Shown here: positions 9,684 through 17,652 of the stretch, in pieces
Layout of the letters: the number at the start of each line of letters is the position of its first letter
How positions within the stretch are numbered: position 1 is the stretch's first letter
IMG/VR virus record: IMGVR_UViG_3300042997_000442
Source of the DNA: an uncultured virus (IMG/VR IMGVR_UViG_3300042997_000442)
Taxonomy: Duplodnaviria; Heunggongvirae; Uroviricota; Caudoviricetes
DNA: 20,000 bases
Direction: 5' to 3' (one strand)
Notes under the pieces: model-generated
Databases searched by the model: none
What the model was told of the DNA's origin: nothing
The model's input: only the letters and a program-made list of their open reading frames with translations
Made by a program: the position numbers and the translations under genes

Positions 9684-12149
9684 TTAACTTGGATTAAACT
9701 GCGACGTAGGTATTCCTCCCATCACATCATTTCCAGCAGATTCAAACTCTTTAGGATTTGAACCTATAGCACTTAAGAAATCATCATCTTCTTTAAAATC
9801 GATTGGACCAGTATCATTCTTTCTTTGATCTATCATCGCAGATTGTTGATTAGCTTGTAACTTGGTTCTATCGTCTTTTCTATCTTCTTTGAATTGCTCT
9901 TTCTTGTCAATCACCTGCAATTCCATTTCTTTAAGCTGTTTATTTAATTCGAACTCATATTGCATAAGTTCTTTCTTAATATCTCTTTCAGTAAATAGTT
10001 TCTTAATATCAAACTCTACTTGAGCTTGTGCTAATTGAACTTTAGACTCAGCGATACCTTGTTGTTTGTGTATTTCAGATTCAGCTGCAGATTGACCCAT
10101 TTGTATGTTAGATTGCGTTTGCATCTCTACATCTTTTTGTTTCATCTGTTGATCTAAATTTTGTTTTTTCTTTCTTCTAACTTTAAGAAGTTGATTAGCA
10201 TGCTTAATATTCTTTATCTCTCTAACATCAATAGCGTCTTCTAAAAAGATTTGACCTGATTGTAAAGACATTTGAATATTGTTCTCTAACATTTGTTTTT
10301 CTTCAATATCAGGCGCTAACTGTAAGAATATACCAAAATCATGTAGATGAATATCATTCATATCTTTTAGCACTTCTACATTGTAAATACCTAAAGCAGA
10401 TATAAACGAATCTCTTGTTGGTGAATACTCTAAAACATCTGATATCCTAACAGCAACTGATTCTGCTGTTTTCAATGTTAAGTATAAACTTGATTCTAGT
10501 ATATGTCTCGTAGCTGTATTAGAGTTAGCGGCTGCTAATTTCTGTAATCCAACTAATGCATCTTTGCTTGGTGTGCTACCGTCTCTAGCTTCGTTTAATC
10601 CGGTGACATCTCTAATCATTTGTAAGTAATAATTATAAGTGTTAATTAAACTAGTTAATTTATCACTACCGCTATTACTTCTTAATTCTTGAATAGGCAT
10701 TTTACCATGATTCATATCACCATCCTGAGTCATAGATCTACCTACTACAGATCCAGTTTGGAAATACATGTTCAATGCTTCTGCTGGATTATAATTTGTT
10801 CCGTTACCTAAATCAATCTCAGCTAATCCATCAACATCTAAATAAACTCCATCAGGTACCATTCTAGATAACACTTGTTGAAGTTTTAAATGTGTTAATT
10901 GAATCATATCAGCAAATGTAGTTATTCTACTTACTAATGACTCAATCTTACCTTTATACATTCTAGGAGCCACTATGTTGTAACTCATGTTTACTTTACC
11001 AGTGTCAGACTTTGGTCTAACCATGTTCTTAGAAAGTTCCCATTGTAACATGATATCATGACCCATTATCTTAGCGCCAGTATATACTACTTCTATAGAT
11101 CTTGATACTTTTTCAAATTCTGGGTTTTCTGGTGGATTAAAATTAGAATCTTTTGATATTGCTCTATCTCCTCCATTAGTCGTCTTCTTTATCTTGTAAA
11201 CTTCATTCATATAAGTTTTAAATTCAAAATAAAGTATAGACACTGTATTAGCGTCTAATGAATCGTCTGGAGTATATTCGTTTCTAAATCTAGTATTCGT
11301 GTTCGTAGACTTCTTAGTTATATCTCTTAATTGATCGTCGTTTATATGTGGAAATTGTTTTTTAACTTCGTTTAAAGCAACTGACTTAACTTCTCCAACA
11401 TAATATATATCATCAAAATAAGGTGATTCAGTATAAGAGTAAACAATATCTGCTGGATCTACATATCTAAGAGTTATACCTTCTGCTTTGTTGAATGAAT
11501 TCTTAACACACCCAATACCTATTGTTGTTATATCATAATCAACTCTTCTTTTGGTTAGATCGTATTTATTTCTATCAAATACGTTAGATAAAGCTTGTTC
11601 GTTAGCTATTTCTATAGATTGCTTATAGTCTAACTGCATGTGTAGATCTAATTCTTCATCTGATTCAGGAGTATCTATCGTTGGATTGTTTCTAGTATCA
11701 ACATTATACATTTGTTGTATAGCATCAATATACTCTTTCGCTTTCATATCCCTCATTATAGACTCCATATAGTCTGTTCTCTTCTTTGTAGACGCTGGGT
11801 CTTGAGCGTATGATCTAATTTCATAACTTCTATCACTCATACCGTTAACTACAATATCAACGAATTTAGGTATAACAGGTATTGGTTTCCAATCTAAATT
11901 AAGATAAGATAAGTCTCCGTTTATAGAAAGTTCATCTTTATATTTCTTTATAGATTGTTCACCTCTAGCGTATAGTCTTAATCTATGAAAGTTATCTCTG
12001 TTCGCATAAAATCTAGTAGCACCAGAATCTCTTTTAAACCACTCAGACTCTATAGCTCTACCAACGCTTAAACCATAAGCCAAACTTGCTTTTTCTTCAT
12101 CTGTAGCAACTTGACTTGGGAACGAACTCTTGAATATTGATTCAGTCAT
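9684..12149 (-). CDS. Portal protein
   Basis: 821 aa directly downstream of TerL. Contains PIPVIPKFVDIVVNGM and IRDVTGLNEARDGS, plus a long Gln/Lys/Glu-rich C-terminal helix like the P22-type portal barrel. Confidence 0.88.
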   Translation of the reverse strand: MTESIFKSSFPSQVATDEEKASLAYGLSVGRAIESEWFKRDSGATRFYANRDNFHRLRLYARGEQSIKKYKDELSINGDLSYLNLDWKPIPVIPKFVDIVVNGMSDRSYEIRSYAQDPASTKKRTDYMESIMRDMKAKEYIDAIQQMYNVDTRNNPTIDTPESDEELDLHMQLDYKQSIEIANEQALSNVFDRNKYDLTKRRVDYDITTIGIGCVKNSFNKAEGITLRYVDPADIVYSYTESPYFDDIYYVGEVKSVALNEVKKQFPHINDDQLRDITKKSTNTNTRFRNEYTPDDSLDANTVSILYFEFKTYMNEVYKIKKTTNGGDRAISKDSNFNPPENPEFEKVSRSIEVVYTGAKIMGHDIMLQWELSKNMVRPKSDTGKVNMSYNIVAPRMYKGKIESLVSRITTFADMIQLTHLKLQQVLSRMVPDGVYLDVDGLAEIDLGNGTNYNPAEALNMYFQTGSVVGRSMTQDGDMNHGKMPIQELRSNSGSDKLTSLINTYNYYLQMIRDVTGLNEARDGSTPSKDALVGLQKLAAANSNTATRHILESSLYLTLKTAESVAVRISDVLEYSPTRDSFISALGIYNVEVLKDMNDIHLHDFGIFLQLAPDIEEKQMLENNIQMSLQSGQIFLEDAIDVREIKNIKHANQLLKVRRKKKQNLDQQMKQKDVEMQTQSNIQMGQSAAESEIHKQQGIAESKVQLAQAQVEFDIKKLFTERDIKKELMQYEFELNKQLKEMELQVIDKKEQFKEDRKDDRTKLQANQQSAMIDQRKNDTGPIDFKEDDDFLSAIGSNPKEFESAGNDVMGGIPTSQFNPS

Positions 12150-12154
12150 ATTTC

Positions 12155-14377
12155 TTAAATTATTTCAGATCTTGTACCTTGATTATTAAATCTCTTAATA
12201 CCTAAATCTACTTTCTTTACTTGTCTTTCTGTTGTTGGTTTATATAAATTTCTATTACAAGCCATAATAGCTAGTCCAGAACTAATCGAGGCATCAAACT
12301 TACCTCTATTTCTTAAATCAAATTTAGCCCAGTCTTCCAAAGTCCTTTGAAAATACATTGAACCATAACCTGTTTCTAATAAACCTACATTCTTTTCTAT
12401 ATATGTTTCTATAGCGGCTGAATGTGCTTGTATTACATCTTCAGAAGAGTTTGGTATTCCACCTATCTCTTTTTCAGTTGCAGATAATTTATTCCAGATT
12501 TTATCCGGTCTATTCATAGAGTATTGTCTATAACCATTTCTTTTTAAATAATACAACAATCTAGGTTTATTATTCTCTACTAATATTGGCATTCCATAAA
12601 AATGAATAGCCATTAGAACGTCTTCAAAAAATATCTCAGAAGTCTGAGGTCTAGCAACATATTCTAAGAAAAACTGATTAGCTGGACAATCTTCCATACT
12701 AAACTTAGTTAATCCATGAACAGCACCGTTAGAACCTCCACCATCTACAGTACCTGATATATCATAAGGGTCACAACCAAAAGCTCCCATGTGTTCATTA
12801 CCAGGTGTTTTATTTCCATTTATTATTATACACTTATTCTGTAAGTTTCTAGGTGGAATCCATGAAACATAAAATCTACCATCTCTGTTAGGCATAAATT
12901 CTACCTCAGTAAATCTTATACCATTTCTCCATTGAAAATTACCTTTAGTAACTATTCCTGTATTTCTAAGATCTTCATTATAATCAATCTGCTCGTATAT
13001 CTTTGCTAGGTTGAAAATTGCATTTTTAGTTTCATCTCTAAATGCGTGTTTCTCAGTTCTAGGAAACTGTCTGTATAATTCGTTTAATGCGTCAGCATTA
13101 TCCTTTAAACCTTCAGCTTCATTTTCCCAGTGTTCGATAACTCCAACGCTTATCATTTTACCATCTATACCTAAAATAGGTTTAGAAGGTGTATCAAAAA
13201 CTGGCCAACCGTATCTATCTATGAAACCTTCGTAATTCCATTCCATTGGAATAAAGAGAGCATACAATCCTGAAGCTGTTTGACCATTCTTATTTCTTTT
13301 CTTTGGATCAGCGTCATAGTAAAGTTTTTTAAAATTACTACCACCTTTTTCTAAAGAGTTAGAGGTTGAACCCATCATACACTTACCAACTATATTAGAA
13401 CCAACTCTTAAACAAGTTTTAGTTACTCTCCAGTTGTTTAATATATTATCAGGTTTCTCCCACTTACCAGACTCGTCGTGTATTAAAAGTCTTAACTTTT
13501 CACCGTCATAACTGTTATCACCTGTGTTTCTCCAGTTTATAGTAGTATCTAATCCTACTATATCCTCTAATCTTTCTTTGTTATCAAGTTTTCTCCTTGT
13601 TAACTTAGAAGCAGGAACTCTATATGCTAATTCTGTTTTCGGTCTATCCATACCATCTTGGATAGGTTTGAAAAAGAACGGATAGTGAATAGATATAGGC
13701 ACAACTTTATCGGTAAACATCGTCTTAGCATCATGCCCAGACTTTGATAATATACCAAATCTAGCATCACTAGTTATAGTGGCTTGATTAACAGTCTCAG
13801 CTGAACTCATAAAAGAAAATCCAGAACGTCTATTCTTAAGATAACACATGCCATAGCATCTCTCATCTGCTTTGCAAGCTTCCCAAAATATAAAGAATAA
13901 TCTATTTGCTTCTCTATAATCTGGTAAACCAATATCTATCTTTGACCACTGTAGGTACATATAATAAGATCCGGTTATATAAGTAGGTGTTCCATTATTC
14001 ATAAAGAAAAAACCTTCTTCCCTTCTCTTAAACTCAGTATCTATATAGTCATAGTGTTTGTTTTTAAAATCATCTGTAAATAAATCCCAATCAAAAACAT
14101 TCTTTATTTTCTGCAACTCTTTAGACATTTCTATAGGTTGCCAATACTGTTCTTCTTTTTTATTTGATCTAGAATAACAATTCTCTACTTCAGGTAAAGC
14201 AATAAACACATCTTGTATTTCTATTACTTGACCTATCCTGCCTGTTTTACTTATAACTACAACATCATATTCCTTATCATACCCATATTGCCATTTCTTA
14301 AGTTTGTTTAACTTCTTTATAGCATTAGGACTAATGTAGTCATCGTGTATCTTAAATAAACTCTGTTCGTAAGCCAT
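12155..14377 (-). CDS. terL: Terminase large subunit
   Basis: 740 aa. Walker A variant LKNRRSGFS, Walker B LLIHDESGKW, coupling motif GSTS, and RNase H-like nuclease acidic residues in FGCDPYD, ILVENN and FDASIS. Confidence 0.93.
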   Translation of the reverse strand: MAYEQSLFKIHDDYISPNAIKKLNKLKKWQYGYDKEYDVVVISKTGRIGQVIEIQDVFIALPEVENCYSRSNKKEEQYWQPIEMSKELQKIKNVFDWDLFTDDFKNKHYDYIDTEFKRREEGFFFMNNGTPTYITGSYYMYLQWSKIDIGLPDYREANRLFFIFWEACKADERCYGMCYLKNRRSGFSFMSSAETVNQATITSDARFGILSKSGHDAKTMFTDKVVPISIHYPFFFKPIQDGMDRPKTELAYRVPASKLTRRKLDNKERLEDIVGLDTTINWRNTGDNSYDGEKLRLLIHDESGKWEKPDNILNNWRVTKTCLRVGSNIVGKCMMGSTSNSLEKGGSNFKKLYYDADPKKRNKNGQTASGLYALFIPMEWNYEGFIDRYGWPVFDTPSKPILGIDGKMISVGVIEHWENEAEGLKDNADALNELYRQFPRTEKHAFRDETKNAIFNLAKIYEQIDYNEDLRNTGIVTKGNFQWRNGIRFTEVEFMPNRDGRFYVSWIPPRNLQNKCIIINGNKTPGNEHMGAFGCDPYDISGTVDGGGSNGAVHGLTKFSMEDCPANQFFLEYVARPQTSEIFFEDVLMAIHFYGMPILVENNKPRLLYYLKRNGYRQYSMNRPDKIWNKLSATEKEIGGIPNSSEDVIQAHSAAIETYIEKNVGLLETGYGSMYFQRTLEDWAKFDLRNRGKFDASISSGLAIMACNRNLYKPTTERQVKKVDLGIKRFNNQGTRSEII

Positions 14378-14378
14378 A

Positions 14379-14651
14379 CTATCTAGATCTACCTTCTGCG
14401 AAACCTTTAAAAGTCTTTCCAGAGTCTTCTATAGGTGTTTCTGTTAATAAAGATTCTTCTTGATCTATTCTAGTTAATATTTCAAAAGCATCAAATATGG
14501 CTAATTTTTTAGTAGCAGCAGCGTTTTTTAACCTATCTGCAGAAATATCATCATCACTACCTATAATAGGTTCTTCAGCTACTTTTATTAATTCCTCAAC
14601 TGCCTTCCGCCCAGCTTGGATTATATTCAACTTCGTTTCCTTTGTACTCAT
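14379..14651 (-). CDS. Putative terminase small subunit
   Basis: 90-aa helical protein ending 1 nt before the TerL ATG. The assignment rests on position and size only. Confidence 0.45.
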   Translation of the reverse strand: MSTKETKLNIIQAGRKAVEELIKVAEEPIIGSDDDISADRLKNAAATKKLAIFDAFEILTRIDQEESLLTETPIEDSGKTFKGFAEGRSR

Positions 14652-15219
14652 ATTTAATTATAATAGATTCTGTTGTAACTCTGTACAATCTTTGGTTTTC
14701 TACAATGAATTCATATTCACTGTCTGGTGTAAATCCAACTAAGTCTCCTTTATTGAATCCTAATGATTCTAAGACAGGATTTGTGTATTTTAATATACCA
14801 ACAAGGGGTTGTTCTTTTTCTGTCTCTAGAAATAAAGAATATGATTTCTTCTTTATTGGTTTTACAAAACAGTAAGCGTTTGGCGCTTTCCATTTTTTGT
14901 TATCTTCTTTGTAAAGAAATATTTGGTCATCATGACACATAAATTTATCTTCTTCAAAGAAAGAAGTACTGTTTTTCTCATTACCTCTAACATCGTAAAA
15001 TCTTCTAAATACGTTATGATGAACAACTACAGAATCTCCCACTTTTATATCTGTATTGTTGATAAGAGGAGTTGCTAATACTTTACCTATTCTATTTACA
15101 AATCTGTGATCTTCTATTTGAGAGTTAAGTATTAACTTTTTACCGTCTACATCTTTTTCATTATTGTATCTACCTTCTATAGGTTGTACGATAAATTTAT
15201 AAATACTTCTACAGTTCAT
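14596..15219 (-). CDS. GroES-like co-chaperonin with two tandem GroES-fold domains
   Basis: 207 aa. Domain 1 reads FIVQP...KLIL...IGKVLATP...IKVGDSVVV...DDQIFLY. Domain 2 reads CFVKP...SLFL...VGILKY...NKGDLVGF...EFIVENQRLYRVTTESII. Both follow the GroES pattern. Confidence 0.7.
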   Translation of the reverse strand: MNCRSIYKFIVQPIEGRYNNEKDVDGKKLILNSQIEDHRFVNRIGKVLATPLINNTDIKVGDSVVVHHNVFRRFYDVRGNEKNSTSFFEEDKFMCHDDQIFLYKEDNKKWKAPNAYCFVKPIKKKSYSLFLETEKEQPLVGILKYTNPVLESLGFNKGDLVGFTPDSEYEFIVENQRLYRVTTESIIIKYEYKGNEVEYNPSWAEGS

Positions 15220-15220
15220 A

Positions 15221-15445
15221 TTAGTATTCTAAATCGTATTCAACAGATATTGCCATGTTAGAATTAAACTTCTTCCACGGCATTACCTCATCATGTTTTT
15301 CGATGTATATATTATAGGAGTTGTCAATAGTATCAAAAAGAATATCAGTGATCTCATGACCACCGTATACATTTTGACCTACAGAATAATGCATCGCATC
15401 ATTTTTGTAGTCTGAACCTATACTTATTTTTCTAATTTTCTTCAT
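15221..15445 (-). CDS. Small beta-rich hypothetical protein
   Basis: 74 aa. Its start overlaps the upstream gene by 14 nt and its stop is 1 nt from the next ATG, so it is coupled within the operon. Confidence 0.7.
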   Translation of the reverse strand: MKKIRKISIGSDYKNDAMHYSVGQNVYGGHEITDILFDTIDNSYNIYIEKHDEVMPWKKFNSNMAISVEYDLEY

Positions 15446-15698
15446 CTTTAATTACATTTTCTTCTTCTTCTTCTTCTTTGTATTCTCCAGTTTCAATATT
15501 AATTAAAACTTTACCATACTTGTCTTCTAGTTCTTTTTTGATCTCAGAAAACTCATTACTAATACTTGCGTGTATATGTAACAAGTTGTGTTTTTGTAAT
15601 TCTAAAGATATAATATTAGAATTAATTTCGTTTAACTTACTAGTTGTTTCTTTGATCTTTGATAATTCGTTTTCTTCAATTTGTTTAACTACTTCCAT
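15432..15698 (-). CDS. Small coiled-coil hypothetical protein with acidic tail
   Basis: 88 aa with a heptad pattern followed by KYGKVLINIETGEY and poly-Glu. Has an A-rich leader. Confidence 0.7.
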   Translation of the reverse strand: MEVVKQIEENELSKIKETTSKLNEINSNIISLELQKHNLLHIHASISNEFSEIKKELEDKYGKVLINIETGEYKEEEEEENVIKDEEN

Positions 15699-15721
15699 TT
15701 TTTTTATTTATTTGATTAATA

Positions 15722-16165
15722 TTAAAATATTTTGTATTCTAAAAATACATTGTTGCGTTGTTTACTATCAAAAGTTAGTTGACTATTTAAACCTAAAGCT
15801 AATCGTCTATATTCTAATTGTATGTTAGTATATATAAAACAGTTTAAGTAATATAGTTTGCTAGCAGCTCCACCAAAATATAAGTGTAATTTTAGTTTTT
15901 TACTTCTACCTATAAAAGCTTCTTGCTTTTCTATATATGAATCTTTTTCTTTTAGAATAGAATCTTTTTCTTTTATGATAGATTCGAAGTTCTCTACCCG
16001 TTTATTGGTTAATCTTAATTGCTCTTTGCAAGAGTCATATCTTACTAAGTCTTTTACTACTTCTCTAGCAACACTATCTGACAGTATCACTTTTGACGTA
16101 TCTATTTGAGAAATACTTTTGAAGTTCACTAATAGGAATAGTATCAATAATCTTAATTGTGTCAT
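15722..16165 (-). CDS. Secreted coiled-coil protein with C-terminal amphipathic beta strands; candidate non-lipoprotein outer spanin component
   Basis: 147 aa. Signal peptide MTQLRLLILFLLVNFKSIS|Q with no lipobox Cys, a coiled coil, and a C-terminus ending VFLEYKIF. Overlaps the upstream TM gene by 92 nt. Confidence 0.5.
   Translation of the reverse strand: MTQLRLLILFLLVNFKSISQIDTSKVILSDSVAREVVKDLVRYDSCKEQLRLTNKRVENFESIIKEKDSILKEKDSYIEKQEAFIGRSKKLKLHLYFGGAASKLYYLNCFIYTNIQLEYRRLALGLNSQLTFDSKQRNNVFLEYKIF
15939..15980. repeat. 21-bp tandem duplication (2 copies)
   Basis: gaatctttttcttttagaata and gaatctttttcttttatgata (19/21 identical), encoding the heptads ILKEKDS and IIKEKDS. Confidence 0.85.
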
Positions 16166-16388
16166 ATTCTTTTTGTTTTATATATTTAATTTTAGTAATT
16201 ATACTTGTATTGTTTTTATATAAAGTGTCTATTATATACTGTTTTTCTTTAATCTTTACTTCTGTTTTAATCTTTTCTACACTAACGTCTTTATTTGGTA
16301 TTAACAACATTAATAACCATATTAAAATAACTATAGAACCTAACCATTGATTTTTTATGAAGTTTATTATAGTAAATATGTTTATCAT
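16074..16388 (-). CDS. Inner-membrane-anchored i-spanin (Rz-like) candidate
   Basis: 104 aa with a single N-terminal TM segment (WLGSIVILIWLLMLLIP) and a hydrophilic helical remainder. Directly downstream of the endolysin. Confidence 0.55.
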   Translation of the reverse strand: MINIFTIINFIKNQWLGSIVILIWLLMLLIPNKDVSVEKIKTEVKIKEKQYIIDTLYKNNTSIITKIKYIKQKEYDTIKIIDTIPISELQKYFSNRYVKSDTVR

Positions 16389-16400
16389 ACTATTACTGTT

Positions 16401-16859
16401 TTAATCTTTAACTTGAAAATGCATCCAATCATAATTCTTTTCTCTACCTAACGACTCAAATCCATGTTTGTAAAATATGTCAATCATTGGTTTGTATTCT
16501 GGTCTTGCAAATCTAGCTGTCTTTGATGTTTCTTTTAATAAATTACGACCTGGGTTTAAGTCAATAGCGCAACCCCAACTATGAACACTTAATTTACTAC
16601 CACCTCTCATTAGACGGTAATTAAAGCATCCACCATAATCATCAATCTTTAACCTACTAATTTCATCTTGACCGTAAAAATCTAATATGTCATTAAAGAT
16701 TGCTAATAGTTTATCTGCAACTAATTTATGACATCTTATTTTATTTACCTTCTTACCGTCATAATACATTGGGTAAGGTAAAGCAATCTGTACGATATAT
16801 CCTTTACCATGTTCATTTGGAGTTCCGTATTTAGATATCAGTTGTTGTTGAGTTATCAT
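16401..16859 (-). CDS. Endolysin, Zn peptidase family M15 (L-Ala-D-Glu peptidase-like)
   Basis: 152 aa. Contains GGCFNYRLMR, SVHSWGCAIDLN (SxHxxGxAxD) and DWMHFQ, giving the His/Asp/His zinc ligands. Confidence 0.9.
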   Translation of the reverse strand: MITQQQLISKYGTPNEHGKGYIVQIALPYPMYYDGKKVNKIRCHKLVADKLLAIFNDILDFYGQDEISRLKIDDYGGCFNYRLMRGGSKLSVHSWGCAIDLNPGRNLLKETSKTARFARPEYKPMIDIFYKHGFESLGREKNYDWMHFQVKD

Positions 16860-17073
16860 CTTTTATGTCTTTAGGACTTGTTGAATAATATAGTTTAAAA
16901 GAACCAATACAAACTGCTATTAGTCTTATTAAAGTAGGAATCCATAACGGAGCATCTAACTGTGTAAATAATTCATTTAGTATGTCAGTAGTTTGATCTA
17001 TTATAGTTCCTATAACAACAAGTACAGGAAACATGTTTGCTTTAAACCAATTTAAAATATTATAATTCTTCAT
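16831..17073 (-). CDS. Putative holin/antiholin-type membrane protein
   Basis: 80 aa with two hydrophobic segments (MFPVLVVIGTII and LWIPTLIRLIAVCIGSF). Overlaps the endolysin start by 29 nt. Confidence 0.5.
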   Translation of the reverse strand: MKNYNILNWFKANMFPVLVVIGTIIDQTTDILNELFTQLDAPLWIPTLIRLIAVCIGSFKLYYSTSPKDIKDDNSTTTDI

Positions 17074-17278
17074 TTTTGTTTTTCTTATTAGTCTTTAGAT
17101 CTATTATTTTCATTACGGTATATACTATTGAAATACTAAGTAAAATCAATTTCATTGCTACTTCTACGTTAGTTATAGATACTGCTAGAGCAACACTGTT
17201 TATCATATATAATCTAAGATCTCCTAGGTTCATTATTATTTTTCTTTTGTAATTTTCAATAGTACTTATATTACTCAT
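17060..17278 (-). CDS. Putative holin
   Basis: 72 aa, or 57 aa from the second ATG at 17233. Two hydrophobic segments and a basic C-terminal tail (KTNKKNK), located in the lysis cassette. Confidence 0.55.
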   Translation of the reverse strand: MSNISTIENYKRKIIMNLGDLRLYMINSVALAVSITNVEVAMKLILLSISIVYTVMKIIDLKTNKKNKNEEL

Positions 17279-17291
17279 TTAATTTATTTAT

Positions 17292-17651
17292 TTAGGTTTT
17301 TTTATTAGTGGCTTTTAAAAAGTATTTCATATCGTTTAACACTAAAAGTATCGATATAACACAAGTGCTAATCATTAACCATTTTATATCTGGAAACCAA
17401 AGACTAAATAAACCTCCTGCAAATGTGCCAATAGCGGTTCTTACTATATCCATAACGTCAAAGTAAGACTTTATAATAACTGATTGGCACCACTCCCAAA
17501 AAAATCCTATCATTGCACCTATAAATGCAGATGCTATAGGAACTCCTATAATTTTTCCGTCAAGCGTATACTCCGAAAAATCTGTAATACTTCCAATTAA
17601 ATACATAATTGCAAATCCAATAAAAACGTGAAAACTGTCTCTTAATTTCAT
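17292..17651 (-). CDS. Four-TM membrane protein with VanZ-like motif pattern
   Basis: 119 aa. The pattern DSFHVFIG...FFWEWCQ...FDVMDIVRTAIG resembles the H...E..Q...D of VanZ-like membrane proteins. Confidence 0.5.
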   Translation of the reverse strand: MKLRDSFHVFIGFAIMYLIGSITDFSEYTLDGKIIGVPIASAFIGAMIGFFWEWCQSVIIKSYFDVMDIVRTAIGTFAGGLFSLWFPDIKWLMISTCVISILLVLNDMKYFLKATNKKT

Positions 17652-17652
17652 G

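Noticed and set aside
12155..14377. Intron or intein in TerL, portal or MCP (common in crAss-like phages)
   Set aside because: All three ORFs are uninterrupted and of ordinary size, with no intein splice motifs or homing-endonuclease signature seen.
15459..15478. (CTT)n microsatellite; also the QQVQEVQQVQEL-coding repeat near 9425-9460
   Set aside because: These are simple low-complexity coding sequence (poly-Glu tail and disordered scaffold region), not CRISPR or regulatory repeats.
15446..17281. GTAAT preceded by an A-run near several starts (about 15451, 16392, 17270) as a late promoter
   Set aside because: The 5-mer is too common in DNA this AT-rich and its spacing to the ATG is inconsistent. 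It cannot be supported without a genome-wide motif test.
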